Origin: Eledone cirrhosa
Lineage: Eukaryota
Length of the DNA: 64,000 nt
Assembly (NCBI GenBank): GCA_964016885.1
Contig: OZ024746.1
Span: forward strand, 57,722,001-57,786,000
Reading direction: 5' to 3'
Positions 43,651 to 60,706 of the stretch are shown here, one piece after another. The notes beneath the pieces were generated by a model, which was given only the letters and a program-made list of their open reading frames with translations, did not search any database and had not been told where the DNA came from. The number at the start of each line of letters is the position of its first letter. Positions within the stretch are counted from its first letter, which is position 1. The translations under genes were made by a program, and so were the position numbers.

Positions 43651-44250
43651 AGCAGATATTTGATCAAAAGCAACGGCATCGTAATAATGCTACATTTGTT
43701 AAGATGTTCTGTTTAGGTTTGCGTAAATTAATGTTAACGACTTTCAAATTGTGTACAATGGTATATGGGGGAGGGGGGATTCATATTTAGGTTTCACGCT
43801 TTTTGTAATCATGTGAATATTTTCCTTATGCACAAACAAATGCCACTGACAATGTAAGATAAATACGAAGACAAAGCAAGCAATAGCAGCAACAACCTCA
43901 GCCACATCACCATTTGTAGAAACATAGGCTGTGTAAAGAAGCAAGTTACCAAACAGTGCAATGCAGAAATTATTTGATCACAAACTTGAAAATACGTATC
44001 ATCAAAGGATGCCAGCGAGAAAGAAAGGTCCTACATCGAAAATAAAGTGTGAAGGTAAACGGCAGATAATATTGATATTTTCCTATATATATACATATCA
44101 GTTTTGTTGTATACGTTCATATATGGCATAGGATTCATAAAATATAAAAACACAATTCATCGGTGTCTGGCCCGCTTTTATGTATGCAAAATATATGTAA
44201 TGCGATCATGTATCATATCTTATCTAGCCATCTATCTCAATATCGATCTA

Positions 44251-44286
<36 letters not shown>

Positions 44287-46876
44287 TCACTATATATATA
44301 TATATATATAGTAAAAAATTGAACGGGAACAAAACAGAGAGGCAGTACGAACAAAGGTTTCTTAGTTTCACGCTCTTGAGAGTGGGGTGAGGGTATATAT
44401 ATATACACATATGTATATATATATAGATATGTGTGTATGTGTATGTGTGTGTGCGTGTGTATGTTTGTGTGTTTATATGTGCGCGTGTGTGTGTGAGTGT
44501 GTATCTATGTATATATTACCAGGTAATTGACATATATATATATATACGGGGTGGGTGTAAGTGTCCATGTCTGTGTTTATCTTTTGTGTGATGTTATGTT
44601 CATATCTCTATACATTATAGCATATATAGAGTCTCTTCTGTGCAAAGTATAATGTGTATATGCCTGTGCTTGACTATATATACGTAGTTATATATGCAGT
44701 TACGTCTCTGCTTTCATATCCGTATGTTCATATATATTTGTGAGTGGAAGTATGTGATCACATAGGTCTGCTTATATATGTATGCGTCTTGTATTTTATC
44801 AACAAAACTCCACAAAGATTTCATTGCATTCAATTGCTGCTAAAGTTAAGATAGTAATAGCCCAATTTCAGAAAGATCAATTTCCGTTTAGGGCAGATTG
44901 ATTTCCGCTCAATGAAAGCTTTCCCAATTTTAACACATTGGATATTAAGCGGTCAATCTTCCAAGTTTCAGCCATTATTTTTCTCTCATTACATTTGTAA
45001 GGTTTGAAATGTCTTTATTTAGAGTTGTATGAGTACGAATGTAGCCTACACATACGTTCTTTCCTCAATCTATTCTTTCTTGTTGTGGGTTTACTTGTGT
45101 ATGTACGTGAGTGTATATCTATGTGCATGTATGTGTATTTGTGTTTTATGAACGTGTATGAATGAATATCCATGCAAATCGAATTTTGGTCTTTTGTCCT
45201 CTGTATTGATAGTCCATCGCCTATTTGCTGAATTTAATTGTTCCCCTGGGTTAAACACGAACCAACTGTAAATGTATGATTATTTAAGTAAGCACTTGAA
45301 AATAGCTGCTATCAACTTTAGTTTTTAACTTTTAAAATAGTTCGAAATTCGATTGTATGAGTGTAGACGATTGGTTTGTGGCTGGTTATGTTTACGTGCC
45401 CATATATAATGAAATATGAAATTAGGGTTTATTACAATGAAGTTCTCAACCCCATGGAAGTTAATATTTCGGATTAGACCCTTTCACCGAGAAATAACTA
45501 ACTAATCCTCGTTAAAACACTGCTTAATATTGCTTAAACAAACAAGGAATAACAAAGAGAAAAGAAAAGGTTCTCATAATGCCCAGAACATATTTGCCCA
45601 TAGATAGCTGATCAAAGTTTCCATGCAGATGTGATGAACGACAGGGTAATGTGTAAACAGCTTTCTCTTGGGCGAAACAAATCAAATCTCAAAATAAATG
45701 ATGTTATATATATATTCTCTAGTATTTCGCAACGAGTACTCATTTGAAACGGTTCTCTTGTACTAAAAGGAAATTAAAAGGCTATATATATATATGTACA
45801 GTTATATGTGCTTGCATGTGTGTGTACATTTGCATATGCGTGCGTGTATATCTGTATGTGAGGGTAAGTGTGTATTATGAGTATCGTATTTGATACGCAA
45901 ACGTTCGATGTCCCACACCATCCGTTGAACTCAAACTATATATTAGGTTCTATCTGTGTTTTTCTTGAAAATGTCAAGGAAACAGTAATATTTTAAACGT
46001 ATATCCTTCACAGAACGCTGTTATAAACCGTCCTCCTCAACATCACGTCCAATATTTGCTACATTAACACTACTATATCGTTTTCATTGTAATGTGATTG
46101 CAGTCATTGACAACGTTTGATCCACGTGATATGGATGCATTCGTTTAGAGTGGATTCCAAGCAGATCATATCTACCCAATTTTGTTCACAATCATTAGGT
46201 GTTTGCGAAGCTATAATAGAAAGTGTTTCTTCAAATATAATCAAATGGGCTTGAACCCTGAATGATACACTGATCTCTCATGTACTAAATATCTCCAGGA
46301 ACTGGAGATAGCATGGATGTTTAGAAACGTGTGGAAACTAATATTGTTCAATTATCGTCATTGAAATGGCATTCAGTGTATTAGTTATCAAATTCTTCAC
46401 GAAGGATAACAGCTTGTCTTAACATTTAACCCTTCCTCAGAAAATAACATTGTTTCCATCGAAATTGAGTTTAATTTCAGTCGATTTAATGTAATAATGT
46501 AAAACTGTTATTACATCAGGTAAATAAATAGTTTCGTGTTTCATTTTTATGTATATATTTTAATATTTTCTGATCTCATTCTTTATATAAATGTATTGTC
46601 TACATATAATTGTTCATAGACCGAAATATACATCTCCTCCAATGATGAAGGTGCTGTTTGGGTTCACCTGTTAATCGATATTTCAATGTTGCAATATGTG
46701 ATAGGAAGGTTGAGGGGGTTTGTAAAAATATATATTTTGTAATATGACAGGTGAATGACCCCTGAATATATATTGACAAAATTAAACATTTTCCAAATAA
46801 CTTTTGACATTCATAAATTTTTCCACCCTGTTAATTTTCTCACACTGACACACACACACGTTTATGTATGTGTATG

Positions 46877-46953
<77 letters not shown>

Positions 46954-47216
46954 GAGTGTGTGTGTCTGTATCTGTGTGCTTGCGTGCGTGTGTATGTTTA
47001 TATATGTGGGTGTGTCTTGTGTTGGGTTGTGTATGCAAAGAGTAGACGGATGCAGCAAAGCAAACAGCACAGTACAGTAAATAAATATATTAATTTGACA
47101 CTTGATATAGCAAGCCTGTCAACCTCTAAAAAGCTTTAAAAGCCCAAACGGTGACTACCATGAACAAAAGATGATCCAAAACGGGGAGAAATTAGGCAAA
47201 ATAAGGAGATTTTACA

Positions 47217-47400
47217 TAATTGTTTCTACTTTAGGCACAAGGCCAGCAATTACCCAGTGCATTACTGGTACTTTATTTTATCGACCCCGTAAAGATGAAA
47301 GGCAAAGTCAAACTCGGCGGGATTTGAACTCAGATCGTAAATGGACGTAACTATGCTGGAAAGCATGGCGTCCAACCCTCTACCGATACTGCCAATCCAC
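47217..47400 (-). mobile_element. tRNA-derived SINE with a probable target-site duplication
   Basis: Full copy; ggagattttacataat occurs at ~47205 and ~47405. Confidence 0.85.
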
Positions 47401-47644
47401 CATCGGAGATTTTACATAATGAAATCTATAACCATTTTCACAAGAGAAGATATATCTCACCATATGGATGGGAGATCTCACCACCGGAAGTGGAGGGTTG
47501 AGACATCTGATATAGTTGGAAAGGACTCTATATATTTCGGACACTTCTTCTTCATCAAAAGATATAATAAAAAAAAGCAATAGATAAAATAGAAAGATAG
47601 AGAGCAAGAAGTGGAATAAATGTTAAAATTAATTTGAGAAAAAA

Positions 47645-47760
47645 TATATAAATATATAGATACATAGTCGCATACATACAAACAAATGTGCATGTACAGT
47701 TCAGGTATATATGTATATATATTTTCTCTTACGATGCAACACTGATTCTTTGTTGCCTTG

Positions 47761-47856
<96 letters not shown>

Positions 47857-47969
47857 AGGCAACAAAGAATCAGTGTTGCATCGTAAGAGAAAATATATAT
47901 ACATATATACCTGAACTGTAGATGCACATTTATTTGTATGTATGCGACTATGTATCTATATATTTATAT
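47645..47969. repeat. Inverted repeat (~115-bp arms) centred on a (TA)n run
   Basis: 47645-47760 is the reverse complement of 47855-47969. Confidence 0.85.
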
Positions 47970-48071
47970 GTGTGTGTGTGTATGTATGTATATGCTGGCT
48001 GTTTCACAACTTCATATATGAAGAAAAATCTATATATGAATTAAATTTGTACACACACACACACGCACACG

Positions 48072-48104
<33 letters not shown>

Positions 48105-48514
48105 ACACGCACACACACGCACACATATATATGTATATATATATAATGAATATAATAAGACACATATTGGTGTCTATAGGATCCCTACATACTGTTTTAT
48201 ATGCTTCAACTAATGCCTCAACAGCCTTAAGTATTTAATCAAGCAGTGTTACTCTGGCAACATACACATGATGCTTGACTGCAACCTGCCGTCTTATAAT
48301 CGGTCTACAAACTGTCTTCACAAGCATATCAAATCGTCATGACTCCTTTACATTTACAAGTATACCAAATGTCCACCAGATATCGTTCTACGTGATACCA
48401 GCTCTTAAATAACGTGCAAATGATGTGGAATTCTTAAGACATTAAATTATAGGCCGTTGATTCCGACGATCAAGTGGTACACTGAAATACAAGAAACATC
48501 GACATTAAACAATA

Positions 48515-48734
48515 TACGAGGGGGAGCTGCGTACTTCCTGGTTCATGGTAAAAGTAAATGCAGGAGGATCAGTTAATTATGATTATATTCAACATATTCC
48601 CCCTCTAAGATAAACACACCTATTGCAGCGGTCCTTCAGGTTTTAAAAGCCCTGTAAAAATAACTCGGTACGCTGGGCCTCCATCCACGCCTCTGCACCA
48701 GCTTAAAACCAGGAACTTTTCAACAAACCCTCAC
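48515..48734. mobile_element. Mariner-type MITE or deletion derivative
   Basis: Left end tacgagggg..acttcctggtt; right end aaccaggaacttttca..ccctc; a TA-cgaggg terminus is typical of mariner TIRs. Confidence 0.55.
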
Positions 48735-48785
48735 ACAGACACACACACACACACAAATATATATATATATTGGGACATATAATAA

Positions 48786-48839
<54 letters not shown>

Positions 48840-49030
48840 AGAGTTTTGGGACATTTTTGGGACATTTTTGGGACATTTTTTGGACATTTTTATAAATATA
48901 TATATATATATATATTTTTATTAAAATAACGGATTAAAGTTTAAGCAAAGAATCGCTGCTTTCACCCTTAACGGGATCTTCTGAAATATATATATATATA
49001 TATAAGCATTTATTTTTTTATATATATATA

Positions 49031-49081
<51 letters not shown>

Positions 49082-49085
<4 letters not shown>

Positions 49086-49507
49086 AGATCAAAAGATGGT
49101 TAAAGGAGTTCAATATATTTTATTATGCGCATTTCAAAAACAAACATCATCAAACAATAATATTTGTGTTTTCATCAGATAAAACAGGAGAACATGATAT
49201 GAAGGCTAAAAAAACACTTGTTGATAGTGCAGTTTTAAATCAACATATACATATGTTGATTTAAAACTGCACTATCAACAAGTGTTTTTTTAGCCTTCAT
49301 ATCATGTTCTCCTGTTTTATCTGATGAAAACACAAATATTATTGTTTGATGATGTTTGTTTTTGAAATGCGCATAATAAAATATATTGAACTCCTTTAAC
49401 CATCTTTTGATCTTATATTATGCATACTCCAGTCCCACAAACTGTAGAGTGCTTCTTATCCGATATCTGCATTGCTTTATTGTACTACAATAAAACTCAC
49501 CTCCTAC

Positions 49508-49512
<5 letters not shown>
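49082..49512. repeat. Apparently perfect 167-bp-arm palindrome with two HHRs plus a one-sided tail
   Basis: Arms 49082-49248 and 49251-49417 with a 2-nt centre; tail 49418-49512. Confidence 0.9.
49315..49381 (+). ncRNA. Type I HHR; mirror copy at 49118-49184 (-)
   Basis: UUUUAU CUGAUGA [~15-bp stem II] GAAA UGCGCA UA/AUAAAA. Confidence 0.88.
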
Positions 49513-49546
<34 letters not shown>

Positions 49547-49633
49547 CATTTATTTTTTTTGGTAATTCAACAAATATATATATTTATAACAGATTGGAAG
49601 CACTCGACAATTTTCTGGAGTATAATATCCTTG

Positions 49634-49659
<26 letters not shown>

Positions 49660-49666
<7 letters not shown>

Positions 49667-50062
49667 TTGGAGCTCTGAAATAGCAATATATATATGGATG
49701 TATATATAATGTATTTTATATACATCCATTATATATACATCCATATATATATTGCTAATTCAGAGCTCCAATTCTAATTTTTACTTTCTGCCTGACCAAC
49801 AAGCGCTCTGCATAATCTGCTCCTGATTATTTACTAGTATTCTATAAGAATATAACATCAGTGATCTCGGTAGACAGGTGGGAGTAGTTAGCCTTGATAA
49901 GCTTCAACAAAAGCGAAACAAGGCTTTGTCGGCTTATCTCCCCTGTTTGCTGAGATCAAAGTAAGTGAATTTGTCACTACTCTAAAAAACAATAGCTTAC
50001 GGTCTTCAAAATGCTTTTAATTAAGCATAAAGTGTATTGCAAAATACATTATATATACATAT
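49660..50062 (+). repeat. Family B unit with an inverted terminal piece; HHR core degenerate
   Basis: AGCC uUGAUaA GCUU..AAGC GAAAC..GUC GGCU at ~49890-49935. Confidence 0.65.
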
Positions 50063-50185
50063 ATATATATATTTCAGAAGATCCCGTTAAGGGTGAAAGC
50101 AGCGATTCTTTGCTAAAACTTTAATCCGTTATTTTAATTTAAAAAAAATATATATATATATATTTATAAAAATGTCCCAAGACCC

Positions 50186-50268
<83 letters not shown>

Positions 50269-50331
50269 TTATTTATTTATTTATGTCCCAAGGCTCTGAT
50301 ACAATCAACACCATAAACACAGAGCTGACTA

Positions 50332-50387
50332 ACTGCCTGATGAAGTCATAGCCACTCAATGGCTATCATCGAAATATATATAGCAGT
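50332..50387 (+). ncRNA. Type I HHR in a short solo fragment
   Basis: ACUGC CUGAUGA ..AUAGCCA-CUCAA-UGGCUAU.. GAAA UAUAUA UA/GCAGU. Confidence 0.82.
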
Positions 50388-50428
50388 AAATAAAGTATTA
50401 TGAGTTCATGCAATTGACTTATGTTTCG

Positions 50429-50503
<75 letters not shown>

Positions 50504-50544
50504 GTATATATACATATATACATGTATATATATATATACACAAC

Positions 50545-52120
50545 GGCGACGAATTAGTTTTGCGAGGTTTTTGATATGAAATCGTGTGTCGAAACAAATA
50601 TTGTTATACTTGGCGAGGGTCATATTTGTGTGATAATATTGATTGCCAGAATTAATAACAGAACACATTCACTGTTTAGTTTGTTTTCGATTATGTGTCT
50701 TTTATATCCGTTAATTTATTTTATTCGGACCTCAATGTGCCATTTACTGACCAACGGTCAAACATACAGATACAATATAGACACAAACACATATATATAG
50801 TCTATCAAAGTTCTTTCGTTGCACATCTGCAACATCGTCAGTGGTGCTATTATGTTTCCTCCCGTTGTATTGTATGCTTACACCATCTTTATTTAGTCTG
50901 TTTATTTATTTATTTATTTGTTTATTTGTTTGTCTTCTCTGCGCATGCGTTTGCGTGTGTGTATAGTGTTTTGTTTGATGTGTGTTCTTGTTTGGGTGAC
51001 TGTGTATTGGTTAATGTGTGTGTTTAAATGTGTTTGTGGTTATTGTGTTCGTGTATTTATTTATTTATTTATTTATTTATTCTTCTCTTAGGTCAGTGTT
51101 GTTTGTTTGGGTGTTGTTATTCCATTCCTTTTTTTCTGTTTAGCCTTGGCCTTCTAAGTTCTATTTCGCTGGCCTCTCTGATTTGCCTATCTGCTAGGTC
51201 ATTTCTATGTTTAGATATTATTCTAACTTCTATGTTGTATATGTTACCGTTGTGTTGTTGTCTGGCATGTTCGTATAGTACTGAACCGTTTGTTCGTCAT
51301 TTTAGTTCCACCCAGTGTTGGTCTATCTTTTCACCTATACTACGAGCTGTCTCCTCTATGTATGTTGTTGTCATGTTTATGCAAGTACCCTCTGTACATC
51401 TTATGCTATAGACTACGTTTCTAGTTTTACAGTTTGTCCGGCGGTTTACTCTACATATGATACATTTCCTATTAGTACAGTGGATTTCCTTAAAAGGGTA
51501 GGTTTTGCTGATCAGGGATTGTATGGTGGTTCCTGGCTTTCCTACCACCTTAATCTTTAAGTGGGTCTTTCCCAGGGCCTTCTACACTGGTTAGCCAATT
51601 TCCCTCCAGGGATGGCGTCCGCAAACATGACACTCTGGTATCTCTGGTTGTCGTACCATGAGGTGGCTTTCCCTATCTTATGTCTAGTCCTATCTAAGCT
51701 ATTCCATGATTTGCTCCAGTATAATAGGCAAATTCCTTTCATGTCCAGTACTATGAGAGTCTTATACTTCTCCGTGCCTCCTTCGTATACTCTGATTATG
51801 TCTCTTTGGTTGTAGCCAGAGAACTGCATGCGGTTGATGAAGTGTTGGATATGTCTTTCCATTTCTGTTGCGTTGCACATGCGGGACCCGTTCTTCATCA
51901 CTCGTACGAAGTCTGCGATCAGAATATTAAACTTAGCACTACTGGACATTGCTGAGTTTTTGAGTATCAGGTATTTCGAGGCCATGGGTTTAGCATAGTG
52001 AGAGGTAGAGAATTTGGGCTCTCTCGTCTATAGTGTTAATCCAGAGTTCCGTGTCTAATACAGGTAGTCTGTTGTTAGGGTGTTTGGAAGGGTAGTTGAT
52101 AGTTACAGTTATACTCTGGT
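50545..52120 (-). mobile_element. Decayed 5'-truncated PLE related to the 207-3315 element
   Basis: Fragments YPSKHPNNRLPVLDTELW, RMQFSGYNQRD and NCKTRNVVYSIRCTEG match the 689-2440 protein; 3' end resembles 207-320. Confidence 0.88.
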
Positions 52121-52163
52121 GTATATATATATATATATATATATAAGTACATATATACATATA

Positions 52164-52465
52164 TTTGCTGGACCGGCAACCGCGCTGTTTAATCACCTCT
52201 TAAATATTAATGGAATTCTATAAGAATCCAGCTTCTATAACTCTTGGCAGAAGCAAAGGAGTGTGTGGCCCTCATAAACGCCAACGAGAGGGAAACAGAA
52301 CTGTCGATGACTCTGCATTGCTTTTGCCGAGAACAAGTGAGTGACTACTTAAAACTTATCGCGAATGGTCTTCAAAATGTTTTCAATCTAACATACTATA
52401 TATTGCCTATTACACTATACATACATGCATGTGTACATCGATATTTCAGAGCACCGATTCTAATA
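52164..52465 (+). repeat. Diverged family B unit
   Basis: ttgctggaccggca, ggaattctata.gaatcca, gaaacagaactgtc and the terminal atttcagagcaccgattctaa. Confidence 0.65.
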
Positions 52466-52540
52466 CACCCACACACATACGCACGCACACACAGGAACAT
52501 CCCCCCCCCCACATACACACACACGCACACACACACACAC

Positions 52541-54139
<1,599 letters not shown>

Positions 54140-54270
54140 CATACATGTATATTGTTGTTTTTCCTTTTCCGTACAACTTCATTTAGACCGAGCTCGGGAG
54201 AGGATCCGAATAAGGTGAAACATTTGTTCTCAGTATGGTGAACTAACTGTTGTGGAACTACTTCTATATG

Positions 54271-54321
<51 letters not shown>

Positions 54322-55269
54322 ATACATGTGTGCGCACATACATGTGTGTGTGTGCGTGTGTGTGTGTGAAATGTAAATGGAAACACCAAAGCAATTGACA
54401 GAGTTCAACGAATAATTTTATTAGCTGAACGCTTGATGTATTTGGAAAAGTGTCTCTAATTACGGACAATTGTCCTTCATCAGAAGATAGAATGGGAAAT
54501 AAAAGATGACATAGGAAGATAGAAAATGGGAAGAGGAAAAAACGAAATACATCTTTTTTTCGAGAAAAAGGAACACGTTTCTTCACTAAGCCACAGCACA
54601 CACGCGCGTTCGCATAAATATATAAATATATTTTTATATTATATATATATTTTTCATACATATAAATGCATTCATAAATACATGCACAAACATGTATACA
54701 TATATGTGTCTATGGATGTACACGTGCATAACGTTTGTATATATGCATATGTATATGTATGCATGCGCATATATGTGTTAAGAAGAATGACCTGAATTTC
54801 AGCAAATGCACCAGCCTGTGATTATAGGAGATGAATGCATAAAACAAAAATCAGCACGTCATGCAACATCGATTATCGATTTAAACTTTGTAAAGTAGTT
54901 CCTTTATCCCTTCTAAATCTCCCGACATGCACTGTACGTCTTACCTAACCCACACAAACCTTGTGTTTTGATATGGTCGAAAGCTGTGTGAAATGTGATA
55001 TCTTAGTGGATTACCGTGCCAAAGAATGTAATCTGGTAGAAATGCTGTCTACAGAAGGAGGAATGGTGAGAACCATCAAAAGTAAAACTCACAGAAACCG
55101 CCAAAGTGTCTGTGCTATAGATCACTTTAGAAAAGATCAATATGTTTTGACATCGATCTGTGGCAAACTAATTGAGAAATTGTGGCGATAAAAACAACTT
55201 TCTCATCATATTTTTACGATTATTTTCCTTATGTTATTAATACTTTTAAATAAAGTATTATTATTTTAT

Positions 55270-55460
55270 TGGTAGAGCGTCAGATACCAAACTTTGCAGC
55301 ACAGAGTTTTATATTCTGAGTTCAAATCTCATGGCCTTCTACGTTCTGAGTTCAAATCTCATTCATGGCCTTTTACGTCCTGTGTACATGGCCCTTTACG
55401 TTCTGAGTTCAAATCCCGCCAGGTTAACTTTGCCTTTCATCCTTACGGGGTCGATAAATT
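55270..55460 (+). mobile_element. Degenerate SINE with a triplicated B-box segment
   Basis: ttctgagttcaaatc occurs three times, followed by the family body. Confidence 0.65.
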
Positions 55461-56169
55461 ACCACAAAATATACCGATGGATATATAAAAGACTATATAT
55501 ACTTCAGCAATGTGTATAATATAGTGGATGGCTAATATAGGCTGAATATTACACCTGAAACGACGGCTTTGTAAATCGAACTGTTTTACCACATGGTACA
55601 TTGTTTAAGCATAACGTTATTGAATGCAGTATAGGGACATATAATTCACTTCATTTTATATTGCAATATGTGTTTCAATAATCTATACTGTTATAACATG
55701 TTCTCATTAATATCTGTTATACCTTAGTAAGATCGAGTCAATATTGAATGGCAAGAGAACCGTTATTTCAACTCTGACATTTAAACAGACTATTGATCGG
55801 CAGCTCAAGCAAGGTATTTTCTTTTACGGTCATTGCACTCTTCCATAATTTAATATTGATTCTTGTTTCAAATGCTCATTCTGAGAACTATCGAAGGTTA
55901 AGCAAAGTTCTTCAGGCGTGAAATGTATCTGGAATGCTGTTCAGCCGATTAATCCAGGTCTGAACTCTAGGCAACTGTCTTCTCATTGACCAGTGGGCAA
56001 GATCATTAATAAGACAAGCAGCACATGGGGGAATAATTAGGTATGAGTAGGTGGACGATTACACTATCATCTTATAACGTTTCATGCAAGCACATATCAC
56101 GCAACATATACATGCATACATACATACATATATTATATATGTATTTGTGTCCTTGTGTTACTAAGTATG

Positions 56170-56237
56170 TATGTATATATATATATATACATACATGTAT
56201 ATATATATATATACATATATGTATATATATATACACA

Positions 56238-56323
<86 letters not shown>

Positions 56324-56355
56324 TATATATATGTATATATACACATATATATATG

Positions 56356-56411
<56 letters not shown>

Positions 56412-56631
56412 TATATATATGTATATATACACATATATATATATATGTATATATATATATAAATATATATATATACACATATATGTATATATATATATAT
56501 ATACACATATATATATATATATATATATATACGCATATATGTATATATATATATAAACATATATGTATATATATACTCATATATGTATTTATATATATAT
56601 ATACATATATGTATATATATATATACACACG

Positions 56632-56675
<44 letters not shown>

Positions 56676-56677
56676 TC

Positions 56678-56715
<38 letters not shown>

Positions 56716-56723
56716 TGTATATG

Positions 56724-56799
<76 letters not shown>

Positions 56800-56857
56800 T
56801 GTATATGTATATATATACATATATATATACACATATATGTATATACATATATACACA

Positions 56858-56907
<50 letters not shown>

Positions 56908-56963
56908 TGTATATATATATATATATATATACACATATATGTATATATATATATATATACACA

Positions 56964-57033
<70 letters not shown>

Positions 57034-57079
57034 TATAGATATACACATATATGTATATATATATATATATACATACACA

Positions 57080-57139
<60 letters not shown>

Positions 57140-57167
57140 TGTATATACATATATATATATATGCACA

Positions 57168-57207
<40 letters not shown>

Positions 57208-57211
57208 CACA

Positions 57212-57243
<32 letters not shown>

Positions 57244-57280
57244 GATATACACATATATGTATATATATATATATACACAC

Positions 57281-57324
<44 letters not shown>

Positions 57325-57345
57325 ATATATATATATATACGTACA
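56170..57345. repeat. Long compound (TA)n/(CA)/(TG) microsatellite; similar tracts at 11730-12192, 29225-30015 and 59620-60130
   Basis: Seen directly. Confidence 0.95.
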
Positions 57346-57967
57346 TATAATCTCTAATGATTAGGTATAAGGAGATGGACAATACTATAACTGATATAAA
57401 GTTTTATGGACACATATATACATACAAATCAACACTGTCATGCAGTCTCATTCACAATCCCGTAAGGTAAGCAATCCTACTATATGTTGACATACATTCT
57501 AAAATAGTTTTGACGATATATTGAAAAAGCAAAGAACATTCATATAAGGCTACTTCTAACTGCTAAACAAAGGCATATGTATTGGAAATTCGTCGAGTTC
57601 GACGATGTGATTCCCAGGGAGATCGAATGTAGCAAGGTGTATGATAAACTGGTAATTTAAAGTACAGCTAAGGATATTCTTGCCACATGAGTGGATTCCT
57701 GCAATGTGAAATAAACGGTCTTGTTAGAGAAATCAACGTGGCGCCGAAAATCAAACTCACGATGGTAAGATGTTGAACGAAATCCCCTAACCACTAAACC
57801 ACTCCACTTCACACATATGTCCATACGCAAACCAACACTGCTATAGAAACTATCAGACACAATGTCCGAGAAAAGCCAAGTATTCTCAAAAAATGACTCA
57901 ATTTGAAAGAGTCAATCCTACTCATTCGCAAATAAACAAACACACACACGACGACAAATTATAGAGA

Positions 57968-58155
57968 AATAACTGTTTCTACTTTAGGCACAAGGCCAGC
58001 AATTACCCAGTGCATTACTAGTACTTTATTTTATCTACCCCGTAAGGATGAAAGGCAAAGTCATCCTCGGCGGGATTTGAACTCAGATCGTATAGGGACG
58101 TAACTATGCTGGAAAACATGGCGTCCGACCCTCTACCGACACTGCCAATCTACCA
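57968..58155 (-). mobile_element. tRNA-derived SINE
   Basis: Full copy; agagaaataac flanks both sides. Confidence 0.85.
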
Positions 58156-58736
58156 CAGAGAAATAACACTATTCATAAACACAGAGAAAACAGGAGTCAC
58201 AGAGGAGACGCAGGCAGGCAGACACATATGTAAATGCTATACAGGTACATCCAAATTATATTTTAACAATGATATATAAAATAAAGGAATGATAGAACTC
58301 AACACATTAAGATCACGAGTCGAAAACTTGAACTACTATGCTACGCGATTTTCTGCAAATACAAACATGTACATACATAAATAGACTCAGAGGTTAGACA
58401 CAGAAACATTTATACACATATACAAGCCATAAAATAAATACTTGCACGCACACATAGACGAAAACACATAATCACATACACATACATATATGTGCGTATG
58501 TGTCTCTGTATGTCTCTGTGTGTGTATAACATGCATTATATAAGGAAATAAAATATAATAACGGCTGCATGAAAGAGCCTTAATGAATATTGAAAGACAA
58601 ATTGAAATATACGCTTGAATAAAGAGGAAAGAATGAAGTCATGCCTTTCTTTTTCCATTCTTAAAATAACAACTAACAAAACATTCACTTGCAACTCTCT
58701 TGTCAGAAGATAATTAACGGACACATTCGTTTGCGT

Positions 58737-58804
<68 letters not shown>

Positions 58805-58897
58805 GATATATAAATATATATTATATAGATATATAAATATATATATATATATATAAATATATATTATATGTATATATAAAAATATATATATGTTATA

Positions 58898-59038
<141 letters not shown>

Positions 59039-59044
59039 TATATT

Positions 59045-59520
59045 AAATATCGAATAAGGAAAAGCGAAGTACTTTCAGATGTTCAAGTCCTTTAATAATA
59101 ATGCTGTGATATATATTTCAATGGCGACACTAGCCACACTGTTCTGTGTGCGAGTGTCGTGACATCAGGTCAACTTCCTTCGGACATGCGCATGCGCAGA
59201 CCGGTGGGGTTGAATTGGTACTCACAGGAGAACGGGTGGCAGACCCAAATTTGGGTCTGCCACCCGTTCTCCTGTGAGTACCAATTCAACCCCACCGGTC
59301 TGCGCATGCGCATGTCCGAAGGAAGTTGACCATGTCATGACACTCGCACACAGAACAGTGTGTCCAGTGTCGCCATTGAAATATATATCACAGCATTATT
59401 ATTAAAAGACTTGAACATCTGAAACTACTTCGCTTTTCCTTATTCGATATTTACTCCGTCACTCCTATGTGGAAAAAGTACGTTGAGTGCTTGAATTGAA
59501 TTGCATCAATATTTACCCTA
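59045..59520. repeat. Spacerless ~205-bp-arm palindrome plus a one-sided tail
   Basis: Centre cccaaa|tttggg at 59249/59250; a few arm mismatches; decayed HHR (GAAAUAUAUAUC); tail with tactcc..gagtgc. Confidence 0.88.
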
Positions 59521-59627
59521 ATAAATATATATTTGCTCTACGGTTCTTATATATTTGATATATATGTATCCTTATCGAGCCCTCTTTGGATGTTAGTCTT
59601 CAAATGTATTATTATTACTATATATAC

Positions 59628-59954
<327 letters not shown>

Positions 59955-59963
59955 TATATATAG

Positions 59964-60029
<66 letters not shown>

Positions 60030-60078
60030 CCATATATATATATATATCCATATATATATATCCATATATATATATATT

Positions 60079-60135
<57 letters not shown>

Positions 60136-60177
60136 GATAGTAAACAAATGGAAACTATATTTATAAAACCATATGTA

Positions 60178-60238
60178 TTTCATTATACATATTTCAGGGA
60201 TACCATATTAAAAATATGGCATGCCTTCGTCAGATAAA
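60178..60238 (-). ncRNA. Type I HHR (family C variant)
   Basis: UUUUAU CUGACGA A GG..GCCAUAUU..AAUAUGGU..CC GAAA UAUGUA UA/AUGAAA. Confidence 0.8.
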
Positions 60239-60616
60239 ATACAATATATAAACTGTTTTATAAATAATTTTGACGTACCATAAATATAAGCCACCATTAA
60301 GGTAGGAAGCTGAGTTGGTAGTGAGGTGTTTATAATTATTTAGTTATAGTGTTAAGCACAGTTAGAAAGAAAGACGGAGAGAAAGAAGAAATGTATGTAA
60401 AGAATAACAGAGAGAAATAGAGAGAAATAGGAGAGAGAGAAAGAAGGAGGAGGTGAAAAAAGAGAGGCAACCGAAGTCAACAGATGAATAATAATAATTC
60501 ACCATACGAATAGAGAGATTTAAGAGAGAGGGGGTACGGTAATTATTTAGTTATAGTATTATGCACAGTTAGAGAAGAGACGGAGAGAAAGAAAAAAATG
60601 GAGATGACGAGAAAAT

Positions 60617-60706
<90 letters not shown>

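Larger units (their letters stand above)
48770..50291. repeat. Outer inverted repeat (~48770-48995 and ~50062-50291) enclosing further palindromes
   Basis: gaatcgctgctttcacccttaacgggatcttctgaaat at ~48950 and its reverse complement at 50071-50109. Confidence 0.8.

Noticed and set aside
54450-54490. HHR-like motif (CUGAUGA A GGAC-AAUU-GUCC GuAA, - strand); similar relics at 31707-31762, 50075-50110 and ~30075
   Set aside because: Core nucleotides are mutated or stems are missing; not counted as intact ribozymes.
56043-57382. Long YI/IY/HT/CV-rich ORFs here and throughout the window
   Set aside because: They are translations of (TA)n/(CA)n/(CATA)n microsatellites, which lack stop codons in some frames.
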